From Paramoeba atlantica (taxonomy: Eukaryota > Protista > Discosea), in NCBI GenBank assembly GCA_977017575.1, contig CDRNVI010000047.1, forward strand, positions 1-64,000: a stretch of DNA of 64,000 nt, in the 5' to 3' direction. The stretch's first letter is position 1. The number at the start of each line of letters is the position of its first letter. This document shows positions 45,465 to 55,740 of the stretch, piece by piece. The translations under genes and the position numbers were made by a program. Under the pieces are notes generated by a model. It was not told the DNA's origin. It saw only the letters and a program-made list of their open reading frames with translations, and searched no databases.

Positions 45465-48400
45465 CTTTAACGATAAAGATACAGTTTCTGTACCTTGTTG
45501 AATTATTTTCTTTTTCTTTGTCTACTCTCTTTTTGATGGTGATGAACGAGACACACCCAGACAACCATCCTGAGGACACACCTTTCGACCCTGGAATCAT
45601 GGATTCTAATCAGAATTCTGTCCACGAAGAAAAATCCCATGAATTGGGTAGTTGGGACCAGTTTAAGGGCAACGAACATCTTATCCGAGGCGCAAGCACC
45701 TATGACGAGAGTTTGTACACTACTGCCATCCCGCAGAATATCCCGCACGATTGGATGCGCCGTGCGCACGCTTTAGAAAAGGATATTGAAACGCCCGACA
45801 TGGGTCACGTACATGACCGAACTGAAGAGGAGATCCATTGTAGTGTCCAGCGTGATATCGATAAGTCTAATAATGTTGATTTCGAAGGAGCTGATTCGAT
45901 TCCACACAGCCAACTAAGCACATTTAGCAAGGCTGCGAAGATGACCGATGAGTGCTCTAATGTCAATCCTGACGGAACCGATTCGACTTCACTCAGCCAA
46001 TTAAGCACATCTAGCAAGGCTGTGAAGACCACTGATGAGGGTCCTAATGTCAACTTCGAGGGAACTGATGCGACTTCACCCAGCCAATTGAGAAAATCTA
46101 ATAAAGCTGTGAAGGCGAGATTTTTACGACACCTTCGAAACTCAGAACACTCTAAGAACTGTTACGAATCCGAAAACAGTACGGCCACGTTCCCAGACCT
46201 CACTCCGACGGACCTCGTTTCTCATTTCTCCGTTTCTAGCAGTCTAAAGAGGCGCAAGAACAAGAAGTGCTCTAAAAGAAATATTACCTCACAGACATCT
46301 TTGAACCAATCAGGCTCCGAAAGCACAGTAGCGACAGAGTCGGGTAGCGACGGAGTCTCCGTTGAACCGGTATCATCACAAGACAGCTGCGTCACATCGG
46401 AAGTAAAGCTTAAGCGGAACCGAGCCACTTTCAAATCCGAGCCTGTTAAATCACCTAACCTCACGCGGAAGACAAAAACATCATATAACGCTAGAAAGTG
46501 CCCAGTGGAATCATGTTTATGGCAAACCGGTCCTCATGGAAATCAATGGCAGGCGTATTATAATCACGTCTCAAACAGGCACGGGGCGGAAGTAACGGAC
46601 ACGTGGTGGGCAGAGGAAGGAAGATTTCGATGTGCATACTGCAAAAAACATTACCACTTAGGCAAAAAGGAGTCCCATACGCGACATTGCAAATTTCGCA
46701 CACACTCATCCGATAACCCTCAGGATCCTTCCCGTGAGGTGAACGACTCCCCGAACCCTACCACAAACGCCGCTGTGATGCCTGAACACCCCCCCGGTAC
46801 GAACCCTAATGATCAGCCCGATCAGATGGAGGATGTTGACAACTTGCTGCCGACCTTATCTTCTGTGTGCACACTTCCGGTGATTACGAGCAAGGATATC
46901 CCTTATTGCTGCAGGGCTGAATGGGCACGAGTACTCACTTCCTGCTTGATGGCAGCCACGCTAGATAATACACTCGAGGCGTGGACTCTCCTTGCGATGC
47001 TTCCGAAATGTGTCCTTCCGGCCCCCCGCCGTGGAGGCAGTAAGAACAAAACCTCTTATGCGTCCTACGTCCGAAAATGTCTTTCCAGATGGAACCAAAA
47101 GGAGTACATACCCCTCTGGAGTGAAGCAATCGCCAGTCTACAGCGCAAACGCAAATCCCCGGCGCAAGCAACCAGCGTAGAAGAAAATGACGACAAGGCA
47201 GCTCTACGAGCGGCTAGGCTTGCCCGAGATGGAGAGCTATCGCGTGCCATGACAGCACTGACCTCGGAGCCACTCGCTCCCCATGACGATGCCATCTACA
47301 ATAAACTCATAAACAAGCACCCTCCACGACTCTCTGGCGAAGACCCAGGCGAACAACTTCCTTCATCGTCCGTAACCCCTCTCAAGATCACACAGGAAAA
47401 TGTAACCGAGGCACTCTCAAGTTTCCACAGAGGATCCTCCGGAGGGGCGTTCGGCCTTCGGCCAGAACATGTGCAGATAGCCATGGCATATCACAACGAT
47501 GAGCGCATAGATCCATTGGGAACGCTCACCAAGTTCGTTAACCATCTTCTTTCCGGAGGCGCGATGGACGAGGTCCAGCCGCACTTCGCTGGCGGACGCT
47601 TATGTGCACTTCATAAGGGAGCACACGATGTTCGGCCCATCGCCGCAGGAGAAACCCTCCGGCGTCTCGCAAGCAAGGTTGCGTGCTTTTCTGTCAAACC
47701 AAAGGCCTGTCGGCTCTTCAGAGGACATCAGTACGGGGTTGCAATACCCGCTGGAGCCGAGAGGGTAATACATTTATGCAGATTGACCATGGCGGAACAC
47801 GTTGATGACGAGGACTTCGTCTTATGTAAAGTTGATCTCCGAAATGCGTTCAACCACGTATCACGCAACAGCTTTATTTCGCTCACCCGTCAATATTTTC
47901 CTGAGCTTAGTCCCTATGTCGAATGGTGTTACTCTTCAGACAGCCGCCTAACATTCGGAGATCGAACGGTCACCTCTTCTGAAGGAGTTCAGCAGGGAGA
48001 CCCACTAGGCCCTCTTTTATTTTCTCTCGTCGCGAAGGAACTATTTACGGAAATCAAGAAGGCAGCCCCAAGGCTTGACTTAAACATGTGGTTCTTGGAC
48101 GATGGGGTTCTGTCAGGCAAATCTTCAGACGTCAGGCACGCACTTGACGTCATTGCAGTCGAAGGTCCCAAGTGGGGCTTACATCTCAATGTTGCTAAAT
48201 GTGAACTCATTACGAATCCAGCTGCCTCTGACCGATTTGCTCTTTTCCCGGACATTCCTGGTTTGAACAAAAACACAGACGGCAATCTTGACATCTTGGG
48301 AAGCCCTATTGGATCTACAAGCTTTTGTCACCGATACCTATTGGAAAATCCAATCAGTCTCGCTGAGGACTCACTAACGGCAATACAAAAGTTGGATGAC

Positions 48401-50217
48401 CCTCAAGTGGCCCTATCGCTCATTCGTCATTGCACAGGATTTTGCAAAATGGTGTATGCTCTACGCACGACACCTACCGCGGAGCTACAAGACCTTTGCG
48501 AACGCCTGGACCGAGCAGTCCAAAACACGACGGAGCGCTTTATCGGTCCTTTGGGTGAATCGGCTCGACGACAGGCACAACGAGACAAACGACACGGAGG
48601 ATTAGGGCTGAGGTCCGCTGCAACACACGCCACGTCAGCATACGTATCTTCTGTAGCCTTTGCGTCTGCAAATGACCGTTGGGACCCCACGCAAGCTGAG
48701 AGTTTTGAATTCGCAGTACGGGACGTCAATAGGCGCGCGGGCTATAACTTCGTTTCAAATACAGGGAGAATTCCAAAACCTTCGTCTTCCCCACCTGAAC
48801 AGTTGAACCCAGAAACAGCAAACTCCGACGATATCATCCCGGACGAAAGAATCCTAGAAGTTTTGCACCCCGACGACGCAGACCCTGAATCCTCTCGCCC
48901 CGTACTAGTAATCCCGCGACAACGAGAATTAAGCCAGGCGATTTCAGCATCCCAATACTTGGCAGACTATAAAAACGCAGATGACAAAACCAGAGCCCGA
49001 TGGGTATCCCAAACGGGAGAAGGGGCATCGGAGTGGGCCTTTGTGATTCCATCGAAGACCAGTGGTTTCGCTTTCACTTCCGCCGAGTTTCGTACTCTGA
49101 CGCGATGGTGGCTAGGGGAAAAAATTTACCCCAAGGCAAGACCCTGCCCCATGGACAAATGTGGGCTTCCGCTAGGCCCTGAGGGGGACCATGCACTTTC
49201 CTGCAAGAGTGGGCATGGTATCATCGCTCGCCACAACGCTCTTGCCAGACAGTTTGCCCGAGACTGCACAAATGCCGGGCTTACAACGAAGCGGGAAGTA
49301 AGCCTGCATAACACGGGCCCTGGCGGCGGTCTGACGCGACCGGCGGACGTATTTATCTCAAGTTTTCGAGCGGGTCAGGGCCTTGTAATGGATTTCGCTG
49401 TCACACACGTCCAGCAAACAAAATATACGGATCTAGTCCGTGATGCTAGCGTGGTTTCAGCTGGATCCTTTGCGGAAAGATACGCAACGGAACACAAGCA
49501 GAAACAACGGGAAGAAGCCGCCGCAGCCAAACTCCGATTTGCGGCCATGGCCGTAGAATCATACGGCTCATGGTGCCCCAGCGCTATGGCTGTGATCCGT
49601 GACGTGGCAATTGAGCACTCAATGCACTCCGGTAAACTATCCAAAAAAGAAGCCTTACATCGACTTCTTGCTGGCTTGAACGTCACTTTAATGCGGTCGC
49701 AGGCACGTATGATGGTGCTACGATCCTCACCGACACCTGACCCAGCCCTGATAGGCTATGGCGATATGGAAGTAGTGTAGTTCCATCCTCTTTTGCATCC
49801 TCTGGTCCGGATGTTGGTCGTGTCGACAGAGTCTATACTCACGCCTAGCCCGCGAGGGCTAGGTACCCCAAGTGAGGTAGTACACGGGTAGTGAATCTCC
49901 TCCCCGTCGGCCAGCATCCTGTTTCGTGACCGTGTCTCTGTCGACACAGGCCCGCGCCTGCGCCCTCCCGTATAGCAAGGGAAGGGTTCACAAGTCAGGC
50001 CGTGGAGAGGTCGAAAGACCCGGTCCGGAACGCGCGAATGGATTGGGCATGGATTGCTTGTTTTAATTTTTACTGTTTTTCTTGTTTGTAGTATATACTT
50101 AGGGGAGACTAAATTGCTAGTTTTGGGCTGAGAAAAAAGGTACATCTGTGGACAGAAAAAGAATTGCTAATTTGATTGTTCGTTTTCAACTCGTATACCC
50201 CCCCAATAAAAAAAAAA
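45465..50217 (+). mobile_element. Full-length CRE-like RLE retrotransposon A2
   Basis: SL nt 4-39 at 45465..45500; intact ORF; A-run 50208-50217. Confidence 0.93.
45536..49780 (+). CDS. Same polyprotein as 15590..19834 (about a dozen aa differences)
   Basis: Near-identical translation in ORF track. Confidence 0.93.
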   Translation: MVMNETHPDNHPEDTPFDPGIMDSNQNSVHEEKSHELGSWDQFKGNEHLIRGASTYDESLYTTAIPQNIPHDWMRRAHALEKDIETPDMGHVHDRTEEEIHCSVQRDIDKSNNVDFEGADSIPHSQLSTFSKAAKMTDECSNVNPDGTDSTSLSQLSTSSKAVKTTDEGPNVNFEGTDATSPSQLRKSNKAVKARFLRHLRNSEHSKNCYESENSTATFPDLTPTDLVSHFSVSSSLKRRKNKKCSKRNITSQTSLNQSGSESTVATESGSDGVSVEPVSSQDSCVTSEVKLKRNRATFKSEPVKSPNLTRKTKTSYNARKCPVESCLWQTGPHGNQWQAYYNHVSNRHGAEVTDTWWAEEGRFRCAYCKKHYHLGKKESHTRHCKFRTHSSDNPQDPSREVNDSPNPTTNAAVMPEHPPGTNPNDQPDQMEDVDNLLPTLSSVCTLPVITSKDIPYCCRAEWARVLTSCLMAATLDNTLEAWTLLAMLPKCVLPAPRRGGSKNKTSYASYVRKCLSRWNQKEYIPLWSEAIASLQRKRKSPAQATSVEENDDKAALRAARLARDGELSRAMTALTSEPLAPHDDAIYNKLINKHPPRLSGEDPGEQLPSSSVTPLKITQENVTEALSSFHRGSSGGAFGLRPEHVQIAMAYHNDERIDPLGTLTKFVNHLLSGGAMDEVQPHFAGGRLCALHKGAHDVRPIAAGETLRRLASKVACFSVKPKACRLFRGHQYGVAIPAGAERVIHLCRLTMAEHVDDEDFVLCKVDLRNAFNHVSRNSFISLTRQYFPELSPYVEWCYSSDSRLTFGDRTVTSSEGVQQGDPLGPLLFSLVAKELFTEIKKAAPRLDLNMWFLDDGVLSGKSSDVRHALDVIAVEGPKWGLHLNVAKCELITNPAASDRFALFPDIPGLNKNTDGNLDILGSPIGSTSFCHRYLLENPISLAEDSLTAIQKLDDPQVALSLIRHCTGFCKMVYALRTTPTAELQDLCERLDRAVQNTTERFIGPLGESARRQAQRDKRHGGLGLRSAATHATSAYVSSVAFASANDRWDPTQAESFEFAVRDVNRRAGYNFVSNTGRIPKPSSSPPEQLNPETANSDDIIPDERILEVLHPDDADPESSRPVLVIPRQRELSQAISASQYLADYKNADDKTRARWVSQTGEGASEWAFVIPSKTSGFAFTSAEFRTLTRWWLGEKIYPKARPCPMDKCGLPLGPEGDHALSCKSGHGIIARHNALARQFARDCTNAGLTTKREVSLHNTGPGGGLTRPADVFISSFRAGQGLVMDFAVTHVQQTKYTDLVRDASVVSAGSFAERYATEHKQKQREEAAAAKLRFAAMAVESYGSWCPSAMAVIRDVAIEHSMHSGKLSKKEALHRLLAGLNVTLMRSQARMMVLRSSPTPDPALIGYGDMEVV

Positions 50218-50904
50218 CTTATTTATATAGAATCATCAGAAAAAAAAAAAAAAAAAAGGGGGGCGGACGAGTCAGTCGGTAGCGAGTAATTGGGTTACTG
50301 ACACGTGCTCGGGTATGAATTACGCGACGTGACGTGTGCTCGGGTTGGTTGGCTGCGAGCTGAGGGGATGGGTCTTCCCGTTCACAAGTTACTTTGATTA
50401 TGGAATTCCGGAATATTGTTTCAAACTGTGCTGATGTGATGAGACTTGTACTCTTTGAGAAACTGATCTACATGTATGACGATTTCAATGAATTTTCGTT
50501 ATGTTCTATTTCCAGTTATATTTCTTCTTAATATATCTTTTCATATTCTTTGTTAATGTACGTGAAAGCACGAACTGGATTTCTAAAAGTTTACGGATTG
50601 AAATTCAGGAGGGATTATATTTGAATAGGGTTTGTTAATAATTATGTACGTGTATGAACTGTATGCATTTTCGCGTGAAATTGATTTTATTCTTATGTGA
50701 CTGTATTAGTGACTATTCTATTTGGGTAAAGCTTCACTCGTAAAAAAAAAAAAAAAAAAAAAAAAAAACGTATTCACGAAATCTACACCTACAACAAGAA
50801 GCCTCATCCGTCGCAGAAACATTTACTTTGCAAGGGAGCCAAAACCGTCTGAACATCAGGTCGTGATAAATCAGCGCACCACACAGTCACCAATGAACAC
50901 CACT

Positions 50905-52128
50905 AAATGCTTTAGCAAAGTCTATAAAAGCTACAGAAAGGCCTTGTCCTCTGAATGCTTTGGTTTTTATTTCGTTCATGATAATCTGAGCTCCAGAAGT
51001 CGCTCGGTTAGGTCGAAACCCATACTGGTTACCCCGAAGAGACTTTTCAATGTTGGGTCTAATGCTGGAGAGTATCATATGATTCATGAGCTTAACTACG
51101 CTATTTACTACGCATATAGGCCGCCAATTCTCAATGTTAGTGAGGTCTCCTTTCTTTGGGATGGGTATTTGAAGAGTGTTGCGCCAGGCTTCCTCTGTGA
51201 CTCCCGTTTCGTGTACCTGGTTGATTATATTCAGGAGATGCGATCTCAGATCAGGGTGGACCGCTATAGCTTGAAGGGCTTCCATTGGTATTCCGTCACT
51301 TCCCGGTGTTTTTCCTCCTCTGAAATGTTCTAGAGATGTGCTTAACTCCTCGCTTGTAAATGCTGCATCGGATATTGGTACTAACAGCGGCGGCAGCAGT
51401 TCAAAGCTAAGATTTGGATCTCCATCATCAGCGCCACTAAATTTCATGAAGTACGATCGAATTTCGTTAAGTTTATCATTTCGTGAGCTTCCGTTCGTGC
51501 TAAAGGTATCACGATATTGCCCGCATATCTTTCGAATCGTTCTCCATGGGTTTGAATGGTTTTTACGAAGCTGTTTTTCAATCTCCAAGCATTCGTCAGA
51601 AATAATCTCTTCAACTTCCCCTTTATTCTCCTTTACGAGGGCGTTGAACACCTTTTTGTTTCTGCTCTTGTGATATAAACCGCGCAAATCATGTATTTTT
51701 GAGTCCTTTACAGCTTCTTTGTTCAAATTTCGTTTCGTCGGTTTTTTGAAAGTTTTTACAGCATTTTTCATATATTGTGCGAGAGCGCCCCATGATCGAC
51801 CAGAGTTCGAAGTTGCTCGATATTGGTCGTGAACTTTATTGATGAAATTCTTCCTATCCTCACTATTTCGAAGAGAAATCCACGAGAGCTGATTCGTATT
51901 CGTTTTGGGATCACTGACTCGCCATTTAATTTTAATTCTGGCTATAACACAACAGTGAGTAGTAGGAATGGGTGCCTTGATCACTTTGTGTCGTTGAACT
52001 GCCGATGCAAATCTGCTACAAATAAATATGTGATCTAACTGCCTTAAAGCTTTGTTTGGTAATTCGCATGTCCATTTCCGACTGCTTGGACAAAGACTGT
52101 GCGCAGACTTACAGTCTATAGAACAAGA
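50905..52128 (-). pseudogene. Family F 5' part (APE C-terminus + RT N-terminus)
   Basis: RQLDHIFI, WRPICVV, QYGFRP, FIDFAKAF; joins 39520 through TSD AAATGCTT. Confidence 0.82.
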
Positions 52129-54567
52129 GTAGTTTAGTATGGGATAGACAAGGGTGTCAAAAATTCGAAGCTTAGCCTTTACGCGAAGAGGCGAGATCCA
52201 AATACCTCGTAGTTTGCTAAAACACGCCCACGTCAAACGTAATCTGTCGGTTAATGTTAATTTAGGCTCGGTTTCATGCTGAACATGCCCCAGATGGCGG
52301 TACGATTTTACTTTCGGAATGTTCCCACAAGTTGATGAAAGGAGATCGCCATCCTTATTCTCATTCTTCGAGATGGACATCCATGCCGTTTTGTTGACAC
52401 CAGCGGCTATACTCAAATTAGCTTTGGATGCTTCAGTAGCGACGCTGTCGACCATCCTTTCTAATGAACGTTTGGAGTCGGAAAACAGGATCAAATCATC
52501 AGCGTAATCAATATCAGTCACTCGTGTTGATTTATATCCACGTTTTCTGGTTCCGGCGGAGCTCAGCGTTAGTCCATCATCTTTATTTTTCAATGCCGCG
52601 TGAAGGATGCGATCGAGAACCATGATAAATAAATACGGAGCTAGCACATCCCCTTGCAAAATACCCGAGGTAATAGGAAAGGAGCTGGTTTTCCCAAACG
52701 GGGTACGTACAATGGCCTCTAAGCCCTCTTAGGCCGACATTGCAAGGGTTGTCATTCGAGGTCCTACGTGGAACGAATGTAACGCTGCCCTGATAGATGA
52801 GTGTGAAAGCGATGGAAAGGCACTCGCGAAGTCGATGAAAGCAATCATGACATTTTCGTGACTTCGATTCCGTCTTGATTTCGTGAGGATTTCATTGAGA
52901 ATAATTTGGGCTCCACAGGTGGACCTCTCCGGGCGGAAACCATATTGATTTTCGCGTAGAACTCGCTCTGTCGAGGGCCGAATACGATTCAAAATCATAC
53001 CGTTAATTAGCTTGAGGATAACTTTGACAAGACATATTGGGCGCCAATTCCGCAGCTCGGAAAGATCACCTTTTTTCGGTACGGGGACTTGCAGAACGGT
53101 TTTCCAGAGATGGTGCGTCTTTCCCGTTTCAAGGGCTTTGTTGATGATTCCAAGAAGGAGATGGCGTAAAGAATTTTCTTCGAGTATGGATATTTACGCT
53201 TCCGCTGGTATCTCGTCGAGTCCTGGAGCTTTTCCTCGTTTAAGTCTACGCGCAGCGCATGCAAGTTCATCTTCTGTGAAAGGTGAATCCATGATTTCTC
53301 CTTCAAAGTTTTTGGCCTCATCAAATTCAACTTTCGTGTCTCCAACACCTCGGTTAGCAATTTTAGAGAAGAAGTCCTTAACGGCTGCTAGTCGTTTCCG
53401 GTTTGATTGACCTGCGCCATAATTAAAAACTGTTTTCCTCATTCCGCATATTTCGCGAATGAATCTCCAAGGGCTGGAATGGTTTTTCCGTAGTTTTTCT
53501 TGGAGAATTGCACATTCAGCTTCAATTGTGTCCTCAATTTGCTCACGACTCTTGTCTACAAGACCTTTGAATGTATGCGCATTTCGACTAGATTTGTACA
53601 GGGCGCTGAGTGATAATATTTCCTCTTGTTTGTTTGTTTCTTCTCGTTGCCCATTGGATTTACTTAAGTCACTTGGTGCCTCGAAATCCGGAAGTGTTTT
53701 CTGTGCCGCATATAGTATCCCCTCTGATAAAACCTCCCACGGGTCGGGTCTTCCCTCTCCGATTACTTTGAAAACAGCTTGTTGGGTACATTTATTGAAT
53801 TCCTTGCAAATATTTTCTGATTTTAGGTTGTACCATGGCAAATGATTGCCAGGTTGTGTTTCATGCGCTTTCCACTTAATCTTGAGACGGGTGACAACCG
53901 AGCAGTGCTGCGTTGGGAAAGGTGCAAGTAAAACTTTATGATGTTGTATTGCTGACGCGTATCGATTGGAAATTATAATATGATCTAATTGTCTCTCAGC
54001 GACATTGGGAAGTTTACAAGTCCACTTTCGAGAGCTTGGTGAGAGAGTGTGGGCAGACTTGCAACCAACGTCTACAAGTAAGGCGCGAAATCGAGCTACA
54101 GCTGCTTTGTCTTCAGCAGTTTTGTTGACTAGCGTTAAAGGGGAATTAAAATCTCCAATTAAGATCGTAGGTCGTTGGGGGTTCGTGGATTCAAGATCGC
54201 GAACGGCCTTTCTTAAAGAAGCGTCGAAGGTAGATTTTATTTCCTTAGAAGAATCCCTAATGGGACCGTACACATTGAATAGTGTAGCGTTCCCGTTTTC
54301 CCAAGGAAACTGTGCAGTCATAATCCGTTCTGAGATAACCCGCACCCTTTCCAATGGAAAAGTACTAACGAGCGCCATTCCGTTGTAAGAACGGTCGGAC
54401 GTTGCTGAGGAAAAATATAAGTAATACGTAACGCCGGTGTCCTCCGTTTGCTGACGTAGAATCTCACCAAAGAGACGAGAATCAAAACGGAACCTCGTTT
54501 CCTGCAACCCCAGTATGTGAATCCTCTTGCTACTCATAAGGTTCAATATTTCGGGGAGGGGGGGCAC
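52129..54567 (-). pseudogene. Family E 5' part (APE + RT) with two TAC>TAA nonsense changes
   Basis: ILGLQETR, NVYGP, LIGDFNS; near-identical to 23235..25281; stops near 52729 and 53194. Confidence 0.88.
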
Positions 54568-54700
54568 TCGATGAATATTCATCGAACGCACTGTCCGTTC
54601 GATGAATATTCATCGAACAGGACATCATGTTCGATGAATGGATTGCAGTACGACCCGTTCGATGAATCATTCATCGAACAGGATGTCCTGTTCGATGAAT
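54568..54700. repeat. Array of eight GTTCGATGAAT half-sites in mixed orientation
   Basis: Includes perfect palindromes 54568-54585 and 54597-54618. Confidence 0.9.
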
Positions 54701-55740
54701 GAAAACGCAATTTTTTTTTGTAAAAAAAAAAGCTCGTTTCGGTCTGCATCATGCTCCTGGCTGCTACCTTGATCCGTAAGACAAAAACAAATCCGAAACG
54801 TTATCAAAAAGCGGAAGGATAATAGTTTACGAGATGAAATTTAGGCGAGGGCTATTTACGTTTAATAACCTGGCCCTTCGGGGCACATAAATATATGAAC
54901 TTATGATATGGCCCTTCGGGGCACATGTATTATTAGTTTCTTCTTTCTCATATTCTTCAGTTTATGACTTTCAAACATCAACATATTTAGTAGACTTTAT
55001 TTCCTTTTTGTAGCTGTACTGCGAGCTTCGAGGCCCACCCACCAACCCCCAGCCTCGGCTGCGGGGTGTGGGGGGCTGAGCCCCTTCACTTCGTACTACT
55101 AGTATTAAATATTTAGGTTATAGCGCGCAAGGCCTTTTTTCAAGATAAAATCATAACTTACAAATACACAAACCTGCGGAAGTGGCAGACACAGGTCCTC
55201 ATTGCGCGAGCCAAAAAATATTGGGTTGGGGTTACGTTCGTTGTACTCAACGAACTGCCGGATTTTCGTTGAGTACTCAACGAACGGAAATTTACGGTGC
55301 AAGTCAAGGACTTTTGCATATGTCAAGGACTTTTGTGGAACACCCAAGAATTTTTTTTGAATTTCATTTTCCGTGCGTTCAGTATCCTACACTTCACTAT
55401 ATACGTTGACAACGCCTGCGTAGCGAAAACTACGAAATTCAGTGAGCTTCGCAAATTGCTTCCCACTAACGACGCACAGGGGAATCCTACGCGGGGTACG
55501 GCTCAGGCCCGCTCACGCGGGCCCTCGCCGTTTCGCGGCCGCGCGCACCCCCGCTCACGCGGGGGCCCCCGCGCGGCCAAAATGGGTACTAAAATTTGTT
55601 ATCAAGGTAGTTGGGCTTCGCAAATTGCTTCCCACGAATCTAGAGAGAAGCACACGTACAATAATCTTTAACGATAAAGATACAGTTTCTGTACCTTGTT
55701 GCTTGTTGACTTTTTCTTTACTACTACTTTAACCTCTTTT

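Noticed and set aside
50430-50470. Hammerhead core or C/D snoRNA (GTGATGA...GAAA / CTGA)
   Set aside because: Lacks the invariant C of CUGAUGA and stem II closure; boxes are too close for a snoRNA
55220-55510. Minicircle UMS-like and 5S rRNA-like strings
   Set aside because: Only partial matches, no supporting conserved blocks or fold
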